Origin: Macrostomum hystrix
Lineage: Eukaryota > Animalia > Platyhelminthes
NCBI GenBank assembly: GCA_950097015.1
Contig: CATNEN010000034.1
Coordinates: forward strand, 4,774,001 to 4,838,000
Direction of reading: 5' to 3'
Length of the DNA stretch: 64,000 bases
Numbering within the stretch: the stretch's first letter is position 1; every line of letters starts with the position of its first letter. The notes beneath the pieces were generated by a model. That model ran no database searches. It saw only the letters and a program-made list of their open reading frames with translations, and was not told the DNA's origin. Positions 58,231-64,000 of this stretch are shown in pieces. Made by a program: the position numbers and the translations under genes.

Positions 58231-61200
58231 ATGGCAACCACAGCAGCCTCTGTGACAGACTGGGCTGTGTCAACTCCGACTGGCGACAATGGCAGCTACG
58301 CCAACCAGAGCAGTAGATCAGGCGACCCCTACCTCATGCTGGCTGTGGGATTGTTCATCAGCGTCGATGTCGTCGGCATCCTGGCCAACATCTTCGTGCT
58401 GGTTGTATTATTGCGCAATGGAAGCAAGCAGGTTTACGAGATATTCTGCACCGGACTGGCCATCACGGACCTCATCTTCCTGACCCTGACGGTGCCAATA
58501 ACCACGCTGCAGTACATCCAGGACTCGTGGAAATTCGGCACAGTCATGTGCAAGTTCACCTTCTTCATAATCAATGTGAGAGCCGGTTTGTCAATGAAAG
58601 CAGGTGGTCCTAGAGGCCTTGGCCTGACTAAACAATGGCCATTGTTTTAAATTTCAAATGGATAATAGCAGCTTTCTAGTCTCTACTTTTCTTTGTCTTT
58701 CAGTTGGGATTTTTCGAAAGATTAAGCTATCAGTACAGTGCAAAGTGTCGATAGTTTAACGCACACATTACTTAAAAGCAAAATAGCGTTACCTTTTTTC
58801 TTTCTTTTCAGCAAAAGCCAAACTTCTGTTTTTCAACAGTCAGTCGACTCAACCGGACTAGAAGGCTTAGACTTATTCCCAAATTTTCCAGCCCTCCAGA
58901 CGGTTTTATAAGTATGGACGATACAGTTTGAGCACTCGAAGCACATGCTCGCACTTTTCTGTGCTCTAGCTTATAAAAAACGTACAAGTAGTTTAGGGTT
59001 AAGAAAATTCTTCTCTGTTTAAGTACGAGCTTTTCTGTTTGTCTGTCTGAAAAAAGAAGACAGACAGAAACTTCTGTTTAAGCTCGTAGTTCTAGATCTT
59101 CTCGCCAGTAGACCTATGGGAGAGGGACAGAGAGACAGAGAGACAGAGAGACGGAGAGAGAGAGACAAAGACAGAGACAGAGAGAGACAAAGACAGAACC
59201 AGAGAGACAGAATGACGGAGAGACAGAGAGACAGAATGACGGAGAGACAGAGAGACAGAATGACAGACAGATAAGGCAGAGAGAGAGAAAGACAGATAGG
59301 TAAGGTAGAGAGACAGAGAGACAGAAAGACAGGCAGAAAGATAAGACAGAGAGACTGAAAGACAGGCAGATAAGGCAGAGAGATATAAAGACAGGTAAGA
59401 CAGAGAGACAGAAAGACAGGCAGATAAGGCAGAGAGACAAAATGACAGGCAGATAAGGCAGAGAGACAGAGAGACAGGCAGGTAAGGCAGAGAGATATAA
59501 AGACAGGTAAGGCAGAGAGACAGAAAGACAGACAGAAAGATAAGACAGAGAGACAGAAAGACAGACAGAAAGATAAGACAGAGAGACAGAGAGACAGGCA
59601 GAAAGATAAGACAGAGAGACAGAGAGACAGGCAGAAAGATAAGGCAGAGAGACAGAAAGACAGACAGGCAGATAAGGCAGAGAGACAGAGAGACAGGCAG
59701 ATAAGGCAGAGAGACAGAAAGACAGACAGAAAGATAAGGCAGAGAGACAGAAAGACAGACAGGAAGATAAGACAGAGAGACAGAAAGACAGACAGAAAGA
59801 TAAGGCAGATAGACATGGAGACAGGCATTGTCGGAGAGAGAGACATTGGGACAGAGGACACGCAGATCCTGTAGACACTTTGAGAAGGCGAAAACCCGAT
59901 TCACAAGCTAGTTTTTTTGAGAATCAGATCAAATCTGGCAGCTAGCTTTGTAAGCCGATCGGATTAACAAAACTTCTCAACAAGTCTCGCCACTGGTGTA
60001 GAGGCCTTAAGTTCAGAAGCTATCACATTTTCCTTCCAACGAAAATGTTCGCCTTTCGTTTTTAAACTTACGAAATATTTTAAAGTACAGAATCTGACAT
60101 CACAATCTCAACAGACAGAAAATACAACTTTTACAAAACAATTTTCTGTTTTCTGTTTGATAATCCAAAAAATATGGCAGTCAAACCTACAAACTAAATT
60201 GGATGACAGAATCTTGGCAGACATGCCCACACAATGCCCGTCTGATTGACAAGCTGCTACTGTGGGATCAGTGTGTGTCGCAGTATTTGCTTTGATTTCT
60301 AGGTTGGGAGTTTGTTTGAGTTAGTCAGAAAGACCTATGTGTCTATGAATGCAGCTCGAGTCTCGGGGTCACAGATAATTGCGGCTGCTGCGCGATACCA
60401 TCCTAAAAAGGATGGAGAAGATGGCACAAGAAGCTGGAAGAAGAGTAAGAAAGGAATAAAGATTAGAGCCGAGCTTCAGGTGAGAAACAAGCGAGACTAG
60501 ATGAGAGTGAATTGAGATTAGATAATAAAGAGGTGAAATTAGATGGGATTAGATGAACTCAGGTAAGATTAGATAAGATTGGATGAGACTATATGAAATT
60601 AGATGGGATGAGATTACATGAACTTAGATGAGTTTAGAGGAGATTAGATGAGATTAGAGGAGATTAGATGATATTAGAGGAGATAGCATGTGATAAGATG
60701 ATCTAAGATAAGATTAGAGTTGACAGAAACGAGAGGAGAGGACAGTAGAGGGGATAAAAATGTGGATAATAAGAAGAGAGTCACAGGTGATAGAGGACGG
60801 GCAAGAGAACAGAGTAGGCACACAGAGAGATCGCTTCTTTAATCTTCCTCTCGAGACAAAGGAGGGATGACTAGAGATCAATAGAGGCAACAAAAAAGAG
60901 ATGGGATATTTCTGGATATTTACGAATTAAACAAAGGCATTTCGTTAATGCGTACTATTGTACAGCTGTTGTGAAGGGAAGGTGGGAGTAGTTCAGAGGC
61001 CCTGCGGAAACTATATGGATAGTTTAGGGGGCCTAAACAGATGGAGCCGGCAGTTCTGACTGGGGCCAAGATGGGCAGTGGAGTGTGACTGATTTGAATT
61101 GTCTTGTCAATATTTATTAGCGTCCTAAGTTATGCTAAGTTAAAATAAGGGGAATAGCGAGTGCTTCACAAATTCAACTGTGAGATGACAGAGAGTCCTT

Positions 61201-62500
61201 CTGCTGGCGATGGAAGACTAACTATAGAGTCACAAAATGCCCCCCGCCTTCTTCAGGTCTTCAGCCTTAACTTAAGCTTTTAACGTACAAAGACCTCGCA
61301 TTTCCCTCTGGGAGAGACCACGGGGATTATTTCAAATGCCCACCGCCTTCTTCAGGTCTTCAGCCTTAACTTAAGCTTTTAACGTACAAAGACCTCGCAT
61401 TTCCCTCTGGGAGAGACCACGGGGATATTTTATATGCCCCCCGCCTACTTCAAGATAGCTCCCAAACCGAATGACCGATTTTTGTGAAAGTCCACCATAT
61501 GGATCTAAAATATAAATTTTATGGATCTAAAACGGTGTCAATACTGATGGCTTTCACCACCTAACACCCCGACGAGAACCGTTGACGAGATCTCTATGAT
61601 ACCGATGCTTTGTGATTCTGGAAGTTTTTTCATCGGATAGAGCGAAAATTTTTTAGATTTTTAGGAGAAACAAAAAAGGAAAATGTAGGTACTCGTATTT
61701 GAGATACCCTGTGGAATCACTTTACCTAAGCCTTTTCAAGCCTTAACGTCAGCCCTTAATTCTGTATTGAGAGATGCAACACTATATAGAAATTCACCAC
61801 TGGAAGCAGAAATTCTTGCATTGACAAATAAGGTATAGCCTCTAGTCTGGCATGTTAAATCAATGCTCATTGATTTATCGCAATGTGAAGATATGGCTTT
61901 GACGTCTGCCGTGCCCTTCGGGCCCTTAAATCGTCTCAGATATTTTGAAATTGTCGTACAACTGTCTCTAGCTCTCTCACTTTCTTTGAGACGGAACCAG
62001 AGAAAACGATGAGAGCGAAAATCTTGTTCTGATCGCGAAAAAAATCCTATTGCTGAGCCACCAACCCCATTACTCCATCACTCACTCACTCACTCGGGTC
62101 TGGTCAGAAATCCTCAATCTCCCCATGCCTAAGGGTCCAGAAATTGGGGAGAAATCGCCGAGGACTTCCTCCTGGACGCCACGTTTCCTCAACTGGGTCG
62201 CCAACCCCCCCCCCGAATTCGACTTCGAAGCTCTTATCGACTCAGCCACTGCAGTACGCACACTGAGTTCATAGTGTAACATTCAATCAGGCTATTTCCG
62301 TTCCGTTCGGGCACTAGCAATATCCCCGAGCAGAATTCGCTCCTAAAATCTCTCGCATTCATTACAGATGACTGTGGTTTCGTCAGCCACAATGCTACTA
62401 GGACTCACCGGCAGTCGCTTCCTGGCTGTGGTGCACCCGTGGGAGAACCGGAAGGTCAACCCCGCGAGAGCCAAGGTGGCCTGTCTCGTTGCATGGATCT
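58231..62500 (+). CDS. Class A (rhodopsin-like) neuropeptide GPCR, galanin/allatostatin-A/somatostatin-receptor-like, 3'-partial; exons 58231-58575 and 62368-62500
   Basis: TM1 GILANIFVLVV, TM2 LAITDLIFLTLTVP, ECL1 WKFG..MCK. Phase-0 intron AAT|gtgaga to ttacag|ATG gives TM3 MTVVSSATMLLGLTGSRFLAVVHP and TM4 AKVACLVAWI, then donor T|gtgagt at 62501. An acceptor at 58220 implies a non-coding upstream exon. Ligand class is an inference from motif similarity. Confidence 0.85.
59140..59850. repeat. Compound GACA/GGCA/GATAA purine-rich satellite in GPCR intron 1
   Basis: Mosaic of AGAGAGACAGAAAGACAGGCAGATAAGGC-type units. Confidence 0.93.
60525..60720. repeat. Degenerate ~10-bp (GATTAGATGA)-type repeat
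   Basis: Recurring GATTAGA/AGATGAG motifs. Confidence 0.6.
61237..61450. repeat. ~99-bp tandem duplication (about 2.2 copies)
   Basis: ATGCCC.CCGCCTTCTTCAGGTCTTCAGCC...GAGACCACGGGGA starts at 61237 and 61336, with a partial copy at 61434. Confidence 0.93.
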
Positions 62501-62519
62501 GTGAGTCAACAGTCTCACA

Positions 62520-64000
62520 TCCGTTTATCTCAAAGCTTATCCGTTTATCTCATAGCTTATCCGTTTATCTCATAGCTTAACTGTTTATCTCATAGCTTAA
62601 CTGTTTACCTCATAGCTTAACTGTTTATCTCAAAGCTTATCCGTTTATCTCATAGCTTATCTGTTTATCTCATAGCTTATCTGTTTATCTCAAAGCTTAT
62701 CCGTTTATCTCATAGCTTAACTGTTTATCTCAAAGCTTATCTGTTTATCTCATAGCTTAATTGTTTATCTCATAGCTTAACTGTTTATCTCAAAGCTTAT
62801 CCGTTTATCTCAAAGCTTATCTGTTTATCTCAAAGCTTATCTGTTTATCTCAAAGCTTATCTGTTTATCTCAAAGCTTATCCGTTTATCTCAAAGCTTAT
62901 CTGTTTATCTCAAAGCTTATCTGTTTATCTCAAAGCTTATCCGTTTATCTCAAAGCTTATCTGTTTATCTCAAAGCTTATCTGTTTATCTCAAAGCTTAT
63001 CCGTTTATCTCATAGCTTATCTGTTTATCTCAAAGCTTATCCGTTTATCTCAAAGCTTATCTGTTTATCTCAAAGCTTATCTGTTTATCTCAAAGCTTAT
63101 CCGTTTATCTCAAAGCTTATCTGTTTATCTCAAAGCTTATCCGTTTATCTCATAGCTTATCTGTTTATCTCAAAGCTTATCCGTTTATCTCAAAGCTTAT
63201 CTGTTTATCTCAAAGCTTATCTGTTTATCTCAAAGCTTATCTGTTTATCTCATAGCTTAACTGTTTATCTCAAAGCTTATCCGTTTATCTCAAAGCTTAT
63301 CTGTTTATCTCAAAGCTTATCTGTTTATCTCAAAGCTTATCTGTTTATCTCAAAGCTTATCCGTTTATCTCAAAGCTTATCCGTTTATCTCAAAGCTTAT
63401 CTGTTTATCTCATAGCTTATCTGTTTATCTCAAAGCTTATCCGTTTATCTCATCGCTTATCTGTTTATCTCAAAGCTTATCCGTTTATCTCAAAGCTTAT
63501 CTGTTTATCTCAAAGCTTATCTGTTTATCTCAAAGCTTATCTGTTTATCTCAAAGCTTATCCGTTTATCTCAAAGCTTAACTGTTTATCTCAAAGCTTAT
63601 CCGTTTATCTCATCGCTTATCTGTTTATCTCAAAGCTTATCCGTTTATCTCAAAGCTTATCTGTTTATCTCAAAGCTTATCCGTTTATCTCAAAGCTTAT
63701 CTGTTTATCTCAAAGCTTATCTGTTTATCTCATAGCTTATCTGTTTATCTCAAAGCTTATCCGTTTATCTCAAAGCTTATCTGTTTATCTCAAAGCTTAT
63801 CTGTTTATCTCAAAGCTTATCCGTTTATCTCAAAGCTTATCTGTTTATCTCAAAGCTTATCTGTTTATCTCAAAGCTTATCCGTTTATCTCATAGCTTAT
63901 CTGTTTATCTCATAGCTTATCTGTTTATCTCAAAGCTTATCCGTTTATCTCATAGCTTAACTGTTTATCTCATAGCTTATCCGTTTATCTCATAGCTTAT
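62520..64000. repeat. 20-bp minisatellite (GTTTATCTCAAAGCTTATCT)n in GPCR intron 2, truncated by the window edge
   Basis: Over 70 units starting about 20 nt after the donor at 62501. Confidence 0.98.

Overview
Eukaryotic (metazoan) genomic DNA with GT-AG introns, GC-rich exons and AT-rich spacers. By hand tally roughly 40-45% of the window is tandem repeat, in over 30 separate arrays. This style resembles the free-living flatworm Macrostomum, but that taxon is an inference. Genes reconstructed by hand: the 3' part of a divergent POT/PTR2 (SLC15-like) MFS transporter (+), neuroD (-), an otopetrin proton channel (-), a complete 21-exon EML5/EML6-like gene (+, about 1998 aa) head-to-head with otopetrin, an unannotated two-exon orphan fragment (+), and the 5' half of a class A neuropeptide-receptor-like GPCR (+) with SRF in place of DRY. 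Most long ORFs in the supplied track are minisatellite artefacts. The main findings are: (1) 14 of the 20 EML introns are each filled by a tandem array, with related repeat units in neighbouring introns; (2) a 16-bp minisatellite family occurs at four loci in both orientations; (3) a two-copy tRNA-derived SINE carries a structured 3' domain with a 14-nt match to the HDV ribozyme P3/L3, although a full ribozyme fold could not be built; (4) a consensus RFX X-box with a TATA box lies upstream of the GPCR. No CRISPR array, rRNA, intact tRNA or transposase was seen.
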